Source: an uncultured delta proteobacterium (GTDB lineage Bacteria > Desulfobacterota > Binatia > HRBIN30 > BPIQ01). Taken from it: DNA of 64,000 bases. The stretch lies in NCBI GenBank assembly GCA_963761335.1, contig CAVXGR010000017.1, forward strand, positions 288,001 to 352,000, written 5' to 3'. The notes under the pieces were generated by a model. That model did no database searches, was not told where the DNA came from, and saw only the letters and a list, made by a program, of their open reading frames with translations. Shown here in pieces: positions 26,157 through 35,830 of this stretch. The position numbers were made by a program, and so were the translations under genes. Position 1 is the stretch's first letter; each line of letters starts with the position of its first letter.

Positions 26157-28361
26157 ATGTCCAAACCCTCGCTCCGCAGGCGCATCGCCCTGCTCTTTGC
26201 TCTGCTCCCGATGCTGATGGCGGTTGCCGCGTCCGCCGCCGACCCGTGGAACGTCGGCGACCTCGAGCAGGCGGGGCAGTGGAGCATCTTCGATCGGACC
26301 GCGCACGCTTCGGGGCTCGGCTTGCCGGTGGCGGCCGGCGACCTCAACGGCGATGGGCGCGCCGACGTCGTGCTGACGCCGATGAATGCCGACAGCGGTC
26401 CGGGGAAGACGCGCGAGAGCGCCGGCGAGGCGGTCATCGCGCTGAGCTCCGGGACGGTGCAGGGCGTCCTCGATCTCGCCACTCTCGACCCGCGCTTCCT
26501 GCCGGATGACGTCACTTTCGTGTACGGCGCCGATCCCTTCGACTACTTCGGTACCGAGGTCGCCAGCGCCGACGTCGACGGCGACGGCTTCGACGATCTC
26601 ATCGTCGGCGCTCAGCACGGCGACGGGCCGCAGAACGACCGCTTGGGTGCCGGCGAGGTGGCGATCATCTGGGGCCGCGCCGACATCGGCGGTCGGGTGA
26701 TCGACATGGCCGAGCTCAACCCCGAGGACGGGGTCACGGTCATCTTCGGAGCCGCCTCTGGTGACCGCACCGGAACCTGGGTCAGCACCGGCGACTTCGA
26801 CGGCGATGGCACCGCCGACGTCTACATTGGCGCCGATCAGGCTTCGAGCGCGACCGGCAACTTCCACGCCGGCCGCACCTACGTCGTCTACGGAGGCGCC
26901 GCCCTGCGGCAGCGGGCGACCGTCGATCTGCACGCGCCGGAGGCGGAGGTGGAGGTGACCACCGTCTACGGCATCGACAGGGAGGACCACAGCGGCTGCA
27001 CCGTGCGCGGCGGAGATCTGAACGGCGACGGCGCCGCAGAGCTGATCATCGGTGCGGGTCTCAATCGCCTCTCCTCGTCGGTCGACGAGATGGGCCACTT
27101 CTCCGGCCACGGCAGCGGCGGGGGGGACGGCCCGGACAACCTGCGCAACAACGCCGGCGAGGCCTACGTCGTCTATGGCCAGAAGGGGCAGCGGCCGCAG
27201 GCGATCGATCTGGCAGCGCCGCCGGCCTCGACGGTGTTCGTCTACGGCCGCGATGCCGGAGACTCCTATGGCGAGGAGCTGTTCACCGGTGATTTCAACG
27301 GCGACGGCGACGGCGACCTCGTCGTCGGCGCGCTGACCGCCAGTGGACTGTTCGGCACCGGCGGCAACACGGGCCAGGCGGCGCTGATCTTCGGCGGCCC
27401 GGATCTGCCGGGCAGCTCGGTCGACCTGGCGTCGCCGCCGGCAAACGTCACCATCTTCTCCGGCGCCACGACGGGAGAGATCTTCGGCGACACCGCGCTC
27501 TTCCTGGACGTCGACGCCGACGGCAAGGACGACCTGGCGATCGGCGCACCGCGGGCCGCGCCCGGCGGCCGCGCCAGCGCCGGCATCCTCTCGGTTTTCT
27601 TCGGCACGGCGGCGCCGCTGCCGGCCACCGTCGACGCCGCCAACCCGCCGGCCGCGCTGACCCCCTTTGTGATCGAGGGCAAGACCGCCGGCGACCTGCT
27701 CGTCTACAGCGCCGCCGCCGGCGACGTCGACAATGACGGGATTCCCGACCTGGTGGTGAACGCCATGGGCGCCAGCGGCTTCGACGACAAGCTTCCGGTG
27801 GCCGGCGAGGCCTACGTGCTCGACGGTCGCCGGGTGAGCGAGCGCGCCGGGCGACGGGTGCCCGTGTCTCCATCGCCGACCTCGGCGGAGACGGCAACCC
27901 CGACGGCGTCGGCGACGCCGACCGTAACCACGACCGCGAGTGCAACGGCGACCGAGACGGCCATTGCCACCGCGACGCCGACCTCCACTGTCACCGCGAC
28001 GGCGAGCGCCACGGCGAGTGCCACGCCGAGCGCCACGACGGCGGCCACCTTCACCGCGAGTGCGACTGCGACGAGCAGCACCACCCCCTCGGTTCCACCG
28101 ACGGCATCGCCTTCTCCGCGGGCAACCGCCACGCCGGTGCCGGCGTCCCCGAGCGCGACCATTCCACCAACCACGGTGGTGCCGAGCGCCTCACCGACGG
28201 CAATCGTATCCCAAGCGAGCGGCTGCGCGATCTCGTCCAGCGCCGGCACTCCCCGACTGTGGCCACTGCTCGCCCCGCTGCTGTTCGTGCTCTGGCGGCG
28301 GCTCGCTTGGCGCCGCGCCGGCAACCGGTTCCTTCTCCCGGGCGGGAGACGGTCAGAATGA
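26157..28361 (+). CDS. secreted FG-GAP (integrin alpha-like) repeat protein with Thr/Pro/Ser linker and MYXO-CTERM-like tail
   Basis: Signal peptide; about 7 repeats GDLNGDG..D/GEAYV; long T/A/P/S-rich linker; ASGCAISSS...LWPLLAPLLFVLWRR. Confidence 0.9.
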   Translation: MSKPSLRRRIALLFALLPMLMAVAASAADPWNVGDLEQAGQWSIFDRTAHASGLGLPVAAGDLNGDGRADVVLTPMNADSGPGKTRESAGEAVIALSSGTVQGVLDLATLDPRFLPDDVTFVYGADPFDYFGTEVASADVDGDGFDDLIVGAQHGDGPQNDRLGAGEVAIIWGRADIGGRVIDMAELNPEDGVTVIFGAASGDRTGTWVSTGDFDGDGTADVYIGADQASSATGNFHAGRTYVVYGGAALRQRATVDLHAPEAEVEVTTVYGIDREDHSGCTVRGGDLNGDGAAELIIGAGLNRLSSSVDEMGHFSGHGSGGGDGPDNLRNNAGEAYVVYGQKGQRPQAIDLAAPPASTVFVYGRDAGDSYGEELFTGDFNGDGDGDLVVGALTASGLFGTGGNTGQAALIFGGPDLPGSSVDLASPPANVTIFSGATTGEIFGDTALFLDVDADGKDDLAIGAPRAAPGGRASAGILSVFFGTAAPLPATVDAANPPAALTPFVIEGKTAGDLLVYSAAAGDVDNDGIPDLVVNAMGASGFDDKLPVAGEAYVLDGRRVSERAGRRVPVSPSPTSAETATPTASATPTVTTTASATATETAIATATPTSTVTATASATASATPSATTAATFTASATATSSTTPSVPPTASPSPRATATPVPASPSATIPPTTVVPSASPTAIVSQASGCAISSSAGTPRLWPLLAPLLFVLWRRLAWRRAGNRFLLPGGRRSE

Positions 28362-28413
28362 GGGGGAGACTCTTCCGGCAACGCCCATCGACGCCGCCGG
28401 CGCTCCCACCGCA

Positions 28414-29637
28414 ATGAACCGCATTGTCGTTCGCTATCACGAGATCGCCCTGAAGCGCGGCAACCGCTCCTTCTTCGTCGGCGCGCTGGTGGACAACCTG
28501 CGCGAGGGTCTGCGGGGAACCGGAGTGCATCGGGTGCGCAGCACGCCGGGGCGCATCATCATCCTGCTGCAGAAGCGCTTCGACTGGGAAGAGATCCGGG
28601 CGCGTCTCGGGCGCACATTCGGCATCGTCAACTTCTCCATGGCGATGCGCACCGAGCCCGACACCGAGTCGATGCTCGCCGGGGCGCTGCGCGCCGTCGA
28701 AGGCCGTGCATTTGCCAGCTTTGCGGTGCGCACCAAGCGGGCGGACAAGTCGTTCCCCATGAGCTCTCCCGAGATCAATCGCCTTCTCGGGGGAGCGGTC
28801 AAGGAGCGTTCGGGCGCCGCCGTCGATCTGGAGACGCCGGAGCTGGTAGTCTCTGTCGAGCTCCTCGCCGACGGGGCCTTCATCTCGATCGACAAGCTGG
28901 CGGGGCCGGGCGGACTGCCGGTGGGAACCGGAGGCCGGGTGCTGGCCCTGCTTTCCGGGGGCATCGATTCACCCGTGGCGGCGGCGCGCATGATGCAGCG
29001 CGGCTGTCGCGTCGAGCTCATCCATTTTCATGCGGTGCCGTTTCAGGATCGTCGCGGCATCGACAAGGCCAAGGATCTGGCCGAGATCCTCACCGGCTTC
29101 CAGCTCGAATCGCGCTTGCATCTGGTGCCCTTCGGGGAGATTCAGCGGCAGATCGTGGGCGCCGTCGAGCGCCCCTATCGCGTCGTCCTCTACCGGCGCA
29201 TGATGCTGCGCATCGCCGCCGCGCTGGCGGCGCGACGGGAGATCCTGGCGCTGGTCACCGGCGAGAGCCTGGGGCAAGTGGCCTCGCAGACGCTGGAGAA
29301 CATCACCGCCATCCAGGACGCCGTCACCATTCCCGTCCTGCGACCCCTGATCGGCATGGACAAGCAGGAGATCACCGCGCAGGCGGAGAGGATCGGCACC
29401 TTCGAGACCTCGATTCTTCCCGACCAGGACTGCTGCCAGCTGTTCGTGCCGCGCCACCCGGCGACGCGCGTCCCGGTCGCTGTGGCGCGCCGGCTGGAGA
29501 GCCCGCTCGCGGTCGACGACATGGTCGAGGAGGCGCTCTCGCGCACCGAGGCAGTCGAGTTCCACTTCCCGATGCCGCGGCGCGACGAGCTCGCCGAGCT
29601 GGAAAGCGGCGGCGAGGCGTCGGCTTCGCCGCGCTGA
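28414..29637 (+). CDS. thiI: tRNA 4-thiouridine(8) synthase (no rhodanese domain)
   Basis: YHEIALKRGNR, THUMP domain, GGLPVGTGG, LLSGGIDSPVA, TGESLGQVASQT, RPLIGMDK, DCC. Confidence 0.96.
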   Translation: MNRIVVRYHEIALKRGNRSFFVGALVDNLREGLRGTGVHRVRSTPGRIIILLQKRFDWEEIRARLGRTFGIVNFSMAMRTEPDTESMLAGALRAVEGRAFASFAVRTKRADKSFPMSSPEINRLLGGAVKERSGAAVDLETPELVVSVELLADGAFISIDKLAGPGGLPVGTGGRVLALLSGGIDSPVAAARMMQRGCRVELIHFHAVPFQDRRGIDKAKDLAEILTGFQLESRLHLVPFGEIQRQIVGAVERPYRVVLYRRMMLRIAAALAARREILALVTGESLGQVASQTLENITAIQDAVTIPVLRPLIGMDKQEITAQAERIGTFETSILPDQDCCQLFVPRHPATRVPVAVARRLESPLAVDDMVEEALSRTEAVEFHFPMPRRDELAELESGGEASASPR

Positions 29638-29640
29638 CAC

Positions 29641-30084
29641 ATGACTCCCGCCGAGGCCGCCGACCACGCCGAGATCATTCAGGTGCTGCAGCTCTACGGG
29701 CAGGCGCTCGACGAGCGGGCCTACGAGCTGCTCGACGCAGTGTTCACTCCAACGGCGCGCCTGCGCTACGCCCTGGGCGGCGAACGCACTGAGCGCTCGT
29801 ATCGCGAATGGCTGGCGGTGGTGCGGAAGTTTCTCGCCCCGTTCGCCGCCACGCAGCATCACCTCAGCCCGCCGCTGATCGCCCTCGACGGCGACCGCGC
29901 CCGCACCACCTGCCGCCTGATCGCCGTCCACATCCGCGCCGCCGACGACCCCGAGTGCCCGCCGTGGACGGTCTACGGTGTCTACCGCGACGAGCTGGTG
30001 CGCACGCCGGCTGGCTGGCGCATCGCCGCCCGCGACTTTGCCAGCACGCACGTCGGGCAGTTGAAGAGGGCGTCTGGGAGTTGA
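29641..30084 (+). CDS. NTF2/SnoaL-like protein
   Basis: YGQALDER..VFTPTA, TQHHLS, G.YRDELVRT..GWRIAAR. Confidence 0.88.
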   Translation: MTPAEAADHAEIIQVLQLYGQALDERAYELLDAVFTPTARLRYALGGERTERSYREWLAVVRKFLAPFAATQHHLSPPLIALDGDRARTTCRLIAVHIRAADDPECPPWTVYGVYRDELVRTPAGWRIAARDFASTHVGQLKRASGS

Positions 30085-30117
30085 AGAGGCGGCTCAGAAC
30101 CGTGCCGGCGCGCCTAC

Positions 30118-30199
30118 GGGGCGCGGGCGTATAGCCCGGGTGCAAAGTAGAAGCGCCGTCCCGGCGCTTTTCCGAAGCGGCGAGACGCCGCTTCTACTT
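30118..30199. repeat. composite REP (as at 12861-12960)
   Basis: GGGGCGCGGGCGTATAGCCCGGGTGCAA plus AGTAGAAGCGCCGTCCCGGCGCTT..AAGCGGCGAGACGCCGCTTCTACT. Confidence 0.85.
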
Positions 30200-30284
30200 G
30201 GCCGGGGAGCCGGCGGAATCGTTTTGCCCAGATTCTTGCGCCGCAGCCCAGGTGGCGACACAATCGGGCCGCTGGGGAGAGAGA

Positions 30285-31205
30285 ATGAACAGAGCCGTCA
30301 TCTACGGAATTCTGCTGCTGGCCGCCGGCACGGCGGCGGGCGTCGTGGTCGGATCACGGGTAGCGACGACCGATGAGCCGGTCGCTTCCGAAAGCCGGCC
30401 GCCGAGGGTGTCCCAGCCTGGCGTGCGCGGCGATCGGCAGCAGGAGCTGGAGATCCAGCTCGAGCGGTTGTCGTCGCGTTTGACCGCCGAGGCAGACGAG
30501 CGGCGGGGGCTCGAGGAGAGGATCGCCGGGCTCGAATCGGCGCTCTCCGCCCTGCACAACGGCACCGCCGAAGGGGAAGCGGCGAGCTCGGCGACGACGG
30601 ATTCTGGAGCGGCCGGCCAGGCCCAGGTTGCCAGCAGCGGCAGTGCCCCGGCAGACCCGGGGCCGGTGGGGACCGAGGATGGCGGCGCCGAGGCGCTCAC
30701 GCCGATGGAGCACGCGCTCATCGCCGCGGGCGTCGACCCGGAGACGGCGGCCGGCATCAAGAAGAAGCAGGACGAGCTGGCGCTGTCGGAGATCTACCTG
30801 CGCGACCAGGCATCGCGCGAAGGGTGGTCGGACACACCGCGCTTCTCTCAGGAGATGGCCGACATCGAGAGCCAGCGCACCTCGGTTCGCGACCAGATCG
30901 GCGACGACGCCTATGACCGCTATCTCGCCGCTCTCGACCATCCGAACCGCGTGACCGTCAACGACGTGCTCCTCGAATCTCCCGCCGCCGCGGCCGGGCT
31001 CCAGGCGGGTGACGTGGTGCTGAGCTACGGCGACACGCGCATCTTCTCTCCCGACGAGCTGGTTGCGGCGACCCGCTCCGGCACTTCGGGCGAGCCGGTC
31101 CGCCTGCAGGTTCTCCGCCAGGGGCAGCCGCTGGAGATCGACGTGCCGCGCGGCCCTCTCGGCGTGCGTATCGCCGCCAGCCGCGGCACTCCCGGCGACG
31201 GCTGA
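30285..31205 (+). CDS. membrane-anchored coiled-coil PDZ domain protein
   Basis: N-terminal TM, coiled-coil, C-terminal SPAAAAGLQAGDVVLSY...GPLGV. Confidence 0.82.
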   Translation: MNRAVIYGILLLAAGTAAGVVVGSRVATTDEPVASESRPPRVSQPGVRGDRQQELEIQLERLSSRLTAEADERRGLEERIAGLESALSALHNGTAEGEAASSATTDSGAAGQAQVASSGSAPADPGPVGTEDGGAEALTPMEHALIAAGVDPETAAGIKKKQDELALSEIYLRDQASREGWSDTPRFSQEMADIESQRTSVRDQIGDDAYDRYLAALDHPNRVTVNDVLLESPAAAAGLQAGDVVLSYGDTRIFSPDELVAATRSGTSGEPVRLQVLRQGQPLEIDVPRGPLGVRIAASRGTPGDG

Positions 31206-31211
31206 CGCCGC

Positions 31212-32438
31212 TCACAGGGGCAGATTGCCGGTGGCGGCGCGCGTCGACTTCTCCTTCTTGTAGGCGTCGATGGTGCGTTGGGCGATGCGCCACTGGTGCA
31301 CCTCGTCGGCGCCGTCCGCGAAGCGCGCCCAGCGCGCCTGCTGCGCCATCTGGGCCAGAGGCGTGTCGAGCGAGTAGCCGAGAGCGCCGTGCACCTGGAT
31401 GGCGCGGTCGATGATGCGGTTCAGCGAGTTGGCGACGAAGTGCTTCGCCATCGACACCTCGCTGCGGAAGTCGTCGCCGCGGTCGATCTTGTAGGCGGCG
31501 TGCAGCACCATGAGCTTGCACTGGTACAGCTCCATTGCCGAGTCGGCGATCATCCACTGGATGCCCTGCTTGTCGGCGAGCAGCGACCCGTGCGCGTAGC
31601 GATTGAGGGCGCGGTCGACCATCATGTCGAGCGCCACCTCCGCTTGGCCGATCCAGCGCATGCAGTGCGCCAGACGCGCCGGCCCGAGCCGCGCCTGCCC
31701 GAGCAGGTGCCCCTGGCCGCGGCCGCCGAGCATGTTCTCCCGCGGCACGCGCAGGTTCTCGATGCGGATCTCGGCGTGGTTGTGATGGCCGGCCATGGTC
31801 ACCACGTCGCGGACCACGTTCCAGCCGCTCGCCGGCAGATCGACGAGGAAGGCCGAGTTGGCGGCCTGGGGGATCTCCGGCTCCTCCTCGGTGCGGGCGA
31901 TGAGGATGGCGAACTTGGCGCCGCTGGCCCCGGAGATGAACCACTTGTGCCCGTTGATCACCCACTCGTCACCGTCGAGGACGGCGCGGGTCTGGATGAG
32001 CGTCGGATCGGAGCCGGCCACCTCGGGCTCGGTCATGGCGAAGCACGAGCGCGCCATGCCGTCGCAGAGCGGCCGCAGGTACTTCTCCTTCTGCGCCTCG
32101 GTGGCCCAGTGCAGGAGGGTGTGCATGTTGCCCTCATCGGGCGCCTGGGCGTTCAGGGCGAAGGGGCCGAAGGCCGACTTGGCCGCTTCTGCCGATACCG
32201 CCGCCATGGCCACGTGCCCGAGGCCCATGCCGCCGAGCTCCTTCGGCATGTGCGGCAGCCACAGACCCCAGTCCTTGGCGGCGACGCGCATCTCGATGAT
32301 CGACTGAACCAGAAAGCGGCGATCGCCCTCTCGCTCTGCGATGCGCGCTTCGGCCGGCCGCACCACCTCGGCGATGAACTCGCGAACCTTCAGGCGCAGC
32401 GTCTCGATCTCGGGAGGGAAGCTGAAGTCGATAGCCAT
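31212..32438 (-). CDS. acyl-CoA dehydrogenase (ACAD10/11-like)
   Basis: APDEGNMHTL, SCFAMTEPEVAGSD, INGHKWFISG, RLGPARLAHCMR, AIQVHGALG, DGADEVH. Confidence 0.95.
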   Translation of the reverse strand: MAIDFSFPPEIETLRLKVREFIAEVVRPAEARIAEREGDRRFLVQSIIEMRVAAKDWGLWLPHMPKELGGMGLGHVAMAAVSAEAAKSAFGPFALNAQAPDEGNMHTLLHWATEAQKEKYLRPLCDGMARSCFAMTEPEVAGSDPTLIQTRAVLDGDEWVINGHKWFISGASGAKFAILIARTEEEPEIPQAANSAFLVDLPASGWNVVRDVVTMAGHHNHAEIRIENLRVPRENMLGGRGQGHLLGQARLGPARLAHCMRWIGQAEVALDMMVDRALNRYAHGSLLADKQGIQWMIADSAMELYQCKLMVLHAAYKIDRGDDFRSEVSMAKHFVANSLNRIIDRAIQVHGALGYSLDTPLAQMAQQARWARFADGADEVHQWRIAQRTIDAYKKEKSTRAATGNLPL

Positions 32439-32543
32439 GGGATCGTCCTTTCGGGGCAGATGTCTATGACCGGTAGGATACGAGAATGTCTCAGGCATAC
32501 GCCACAGGCGGCCTTCGGGCAAAGAAGGAAGAGGCGACGCGGC

Positions 32544-34493
32544 TCAACGCGTCCCCGGGTGCTCGAGCCGCTGCAGGTTCGCCTGGAACAGGGCGTTGTC
32601 GGGTTCCAGCTCGAGGGCCCGGTGCAAGGCGGCAATCGCCGCCTCGCGGTCGCCCATGAGGAAAGCGACGTTGGAACGGTACTGGTAGAGCAGGGGCAGA
32701 TCCGGTGCGACGCGTTGCGCCTCGTCCAGTTGGCTCGCTGCCTCATCGTAGTCTCCATGACGTGCGGCGGCGCTGGCGCGCGCGAGGATCTTCAGGGCGA
32801 GCCTCTCGCCGTCGCTGGCCGGCGCGTCGACCTGCGCCGAGCCCGTGAGGCGGCTGAGGGCCTCGCGCGAGGGCCGGTACTCCGGGTTGTACCGCAGCGC
32901 CGTACGATAGTCCGCTATTGCCGCGTCTCGGTTGCCCTGCCGCTCGTGAATGACGCCGCGGTTGTGATGGGCCTCGGGGCTCAGCGGCGCCAGCCGGATC
33001 GAGACGTTCAGCTGCTCCATCGCCTCCTCGTATCGCCCGAGCGCCCCGAGCGCTCCCGCCAGGCTCGCCCGCAGCGCCCCGTCGTCCGGATCCGCGCGCA
33101 CCAGCTTCTCGTATGCTTCGACCGCTTCTGGGTAGCGGCCGGCCTGGAACTGCACCGCGGCGAGGTTGCGCTCCCCCTGTGGAGATTCGGCGTCGAGATA
33201 GCCGAGAAGACGCAGCCGTTCGAGGATCACGGGATCCACGGGCGCGTCTGTCTGTAGCCGGGCCGCGTGCTGCTGCCCTCCCTTTTCGTAGCTCGCGACC
33301 GAAGGGGACACCGGCTCGATGTCGAGCGACTCGCTGAGCACGCGCCCCGGCATATCGCGGGCCGCCGGCAGGCCGGCCAGGGTCAGGAGCGTCGGGGCGA
33401 TGTCGATCACCGTCGGCCGGTCAATGCGACTGTGTCGCTTCACGTGATTCCCGTAGAGGTACAGAATACCTTCGGGCCGGTGATATCGTTCACTGACGCG
33501 GCGCATGTCTCGGGTCTTGCTCGGGTCGTCGGGGAGGACGCCCAGTGCAAATCCATGGTCCGAGAGGACCATCAGCGTCGTGCGGTCGTCCATGGCCTCG
33601 AGGTAGTTGCCGACGAGGCTGTCGGCGTACTCGTACATGGCCTCGACCGCATTGCCGTAGCGCTTCTGCTGCTCGGCCAACTCGCCGGCGAGGCCGCGGG
33701 CCCGGAAGAGGTGACCGAACAGATGTGCCGTCGAGTCGGTGGCCTCGATGTACACCATGAGAAGATCGGGCTGTTCCTGGTGCCAGATGAATCGCCCTAT
33801 CCGCTCGTAGGTCTCCGCGGTCGCCAACGCCCAGCGGAAGTGGCTCAGATCGTCGTCGAAATCGAAGGGGCGGGCGAGGTCGTCGCTGGCGACGTCGACG
33901 AAGGGACTCAGGTCCTGCATCGTGAGATCGCCGGGCCGCCGGATCATTGGCTCGATCGTCGCTTCGAGGTCCGCGGGGTAGACCACGCCGGCGAGGTCGG
34001 ACAGCTCTTTCGACCCCTCCTCGAAGAGGAAATGGTAGCAGGCGTGATCGCTCACGATGGTGCCGCGAACGGTCTCCGCCGGCCAGGTGGCCCACCAGCC
34101 GACGACGCCGACTCGGCGTCCGGCATCGGACAAGATGTTCCACAGCGCCTTTACCCGCCGCATCTGGCTGGTCACTGGGAGCTGCTCTCCCGTTTTCTCG
34201 TTGGTTGCGATGAAGTGCCCGATGCCATGCTGGTCCGGTGTCTTTCCGGTGGCGATGGTGGTCCAGATGATCGGGCTGAGCAGCGGCCTGCTGCTGAGGA
34301 GACGGCCGTAGGCGCCCTCACGTCGCAGCTTGGCGAAGTTGGGCATCTTGCCCTCGGACATCAGCAGGTCCACGGTCTGCGGATCCATGCCGTCCAGACC
34401 GAGAACGATGATGCGTCCCGTCTTCGACTCCGAGGTGCACGAGTGCAGGGAAATGACGAGACACGCCAGAACGAGGAGGCGCGTGCGAGACAT
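32544..34493 (-). CDS. lipoprotein: alkaline phosphatase superfamily (nucleotide pyrophosphatase/phosphodiesterase) plus TPR repeats
   Basis: Lipobox LHSC; LGLDG, SPIIWTTIATGK, DSTAH, SDHGF, DIAPT, RLLGYL; C-terminal TPRs. Confidence 0.88.
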   Translation of the reverse strand: MSRTRLLVLACLVISLHSCTSESKTGRIIVLGLDGMDPQTVDLLMSEGKMPNFAKLRREGAYGRLLSSRPLLSPIIWTTIATGKTPDQHGIGHFIATNEKTGEQLPVTSQMRRVKALWNILSDAGRRVGVVGWWATWPAETVRGTIVSDHACYHFLFEEGSKELSDLAGVVYPADLEATIEPMIRRPGDLTMQDLSPFVDVASDDLARPFDFDDDLSHFRWALATAETYERIGRFIWHQEQPDLLMVYIEATDSTAHLFGHLFRARGLAGELAEQQKRYGNAVEAMYEYADSLVGNYLEAMDDRTTLMVLSDHGFALGVLPDDPSKTRDMRRVSERYHRPEGILYLYGNHVKRHSRIDRPTVIDIAPTLLTLAGLPAARDMPGRVLSESLDIEPVSPSVASYEKGGQQHAARLQTDAPVDPVILERLRLLGYLDAESPQGERNLAAVQFQAGRYPEAVEAYEKLVRADPDDGALRASLAGALGALGRYEEAMEQLNVSIRLAPLSPEAHHNRGVIHERQGNRDAAIADYRTALRYNPEYRPSREALSRLTGSAQVDAPASDGERLALKILARASAAARHGDYDEAASQLDEAQRVAPDLPLLYQYRSNVAFLMGDREAAIAALHRALELEPDNALFQANLQRLEHPGTR

Positions 34494-34501
34494 TCTTCTC
34501 T

Positions 34502-35830
34502 TCAGAGACGCCGCCGGCGTCTCAGCAGCAGGATGAGAGCAAGTATGCCGGCAACCGCGCCGAGACCGCTGCAGCTGTACGGCCGCACCGCGCATCCGCC
34601 ACTGGAGGATTGTTCGGGAGTTGGAGTCGGCGTCGGCTCTGGGGTGAACGTGGGCACGGCGCTGGCCAGGCTGCGTCCGAAAATTCCCGCCCGGTCGCCG
34701 TCCTGATCCATGCTGGTCCACACCGCCATGAGCTCCCCGCTCCCAAAGCTGACGACGGCGGGCTCAGATCGCTGGATCGAATCGCCCGGAGCGAGGACGA
34801 CGTCGCTCGGCTTCCCTTGCGGATCGTAGGATGTGCCGAGGATCGCATCGCCCGAGCTCCAGGCGACGATGAACCCTCCATCATCATCGCAGGCCAGGTG
34901 GGTTCTGGGCGACGTGTAGTCCTTGCTCTCGCGTACCACGAACTCCTTCTTGGGCTCGCCGTCACGGTCGAACGTGCGGGCGAACGTCTTCAACACGTAA
35001 TCGGTGTAGTTGCTCGAGCTCCAGGCGACCGTGAAGTCGCCGGCGGGGCCGGCGCACACGCCCCCCATGGCGTTGGCGTCGGCCCTGTGCAGCGAAAGCG
35101 TGTCGTCGAGAGGCTGCCCGAATGGAGAGAAGCGGCGCGACGAGACACCTTCTTCGCATTCCCTGGTTTCCCAGGCGAAGACGAGGGACCCCGTACTCGT
35201 CCAGGCAACGCGGGGCTCCTCGCCAATGCAGTAGCGGTTCGAGCTGACCACGAACTGGCCGCTCATTGGCTCGCCCTGGGCGTCGAAGGACCGGGCCAGG
35301 ATCTGGTAGTCGAAGTTCTCTTGCCATGCCACCACGAACGCACCGCCGGGTCCCTTTGCCACCGCAGCGTTCGAATTCTTCGAGTACTCCGAATGACTGA
35401 TCTGGAACTCGGGCCCGAGAGGTGTCCCTGAGCTCGCGAATCGCCGGCCCCAGATGTGGCCACCGATCGGATGGCCCAAGGCGCTGCGCGTCAGGGTGTT
35501 CGCCCACACGACGATGAAATCGCCGTCGAGCTCGCAGGCGATCGCCGGCGCGGTCTGGTCGCCTCTCGTGTAGGTGCTGACCTGGAACTCGTCGGAGAGG
35601 AACGCGCCGTCCCGCCCGAGAATTCTGCCGTAGACACCGCCCCGACTGCCGTCCTGGAACTCGCTCACCCAGACGACGGCGACGGTGCCGTTTTCGCCGG
35701 CGCAGATTGCCGGAGAATGCTGTGCTTCGGTGGTATACGTGTTCACCTGGAACTCCTCGCCGATGACAGAGACGACCAGGAAGAGAACGATGGCCATCGC
35801 ACCTGTCGTTATTTTCCAGCGATTTCTCAT
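34502..35830 (-). CDS. secreted repeat protein (EFQVNTYT-type beta-propeller repeats) with MYXO-CTERM-like tail
   Basis: Signal peptide; repeated EFQVNTYT/EFQVSTYT/EFQIS and FxVxW units; PTPTPTP, SSGGCAV...ILALILLLRRRRRL. Confidence 0.82.
   Translation of the reverse strand: MRNRWKITTGAMAIVLFLVVSVIGEEFQVNTYTTEAQHSPAICAGENGTVAVVWVSEFQDGSRGGVYGRILGRDGAFLSDEFQVSTYTRGDQTAPAIACELDGDFIVVWANTLTRSALGHPIGGHIWGRRFASSGTPLGPEFQISHSEYSKNSNAAVAKGPGGAFVVAWQENFDYQILARSFDAQGEPMSGQFVVSSNRYCIGEEPRVAWTSTGSLVFAWETRECEEGVSSRRFSPFGQPLDDTLSLHRADANAMGGVCAGPAGDFTVAWSSSNYTDYVLKTFARTFDRDGEPKKEFVVRESKDYTSPRTHLACDDDGGFIVAWSSGDAILGTSYDPQGKPSDVVLAPGDSIQRSEPAVVSFGSGELMAVWTSMDQDGDRAGIFGRSLASAVPTFTPEPTPTPTPEQSSSGGCAVRPYSCSGLGAVAGILALILLLRRRRRL

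Noticed and set aside
27870..28200. ACG/GCG-rich quasi-repeat
   Set aside because: Simply encodes the Thr/Ala/Pro linker of the FG-GAP protein
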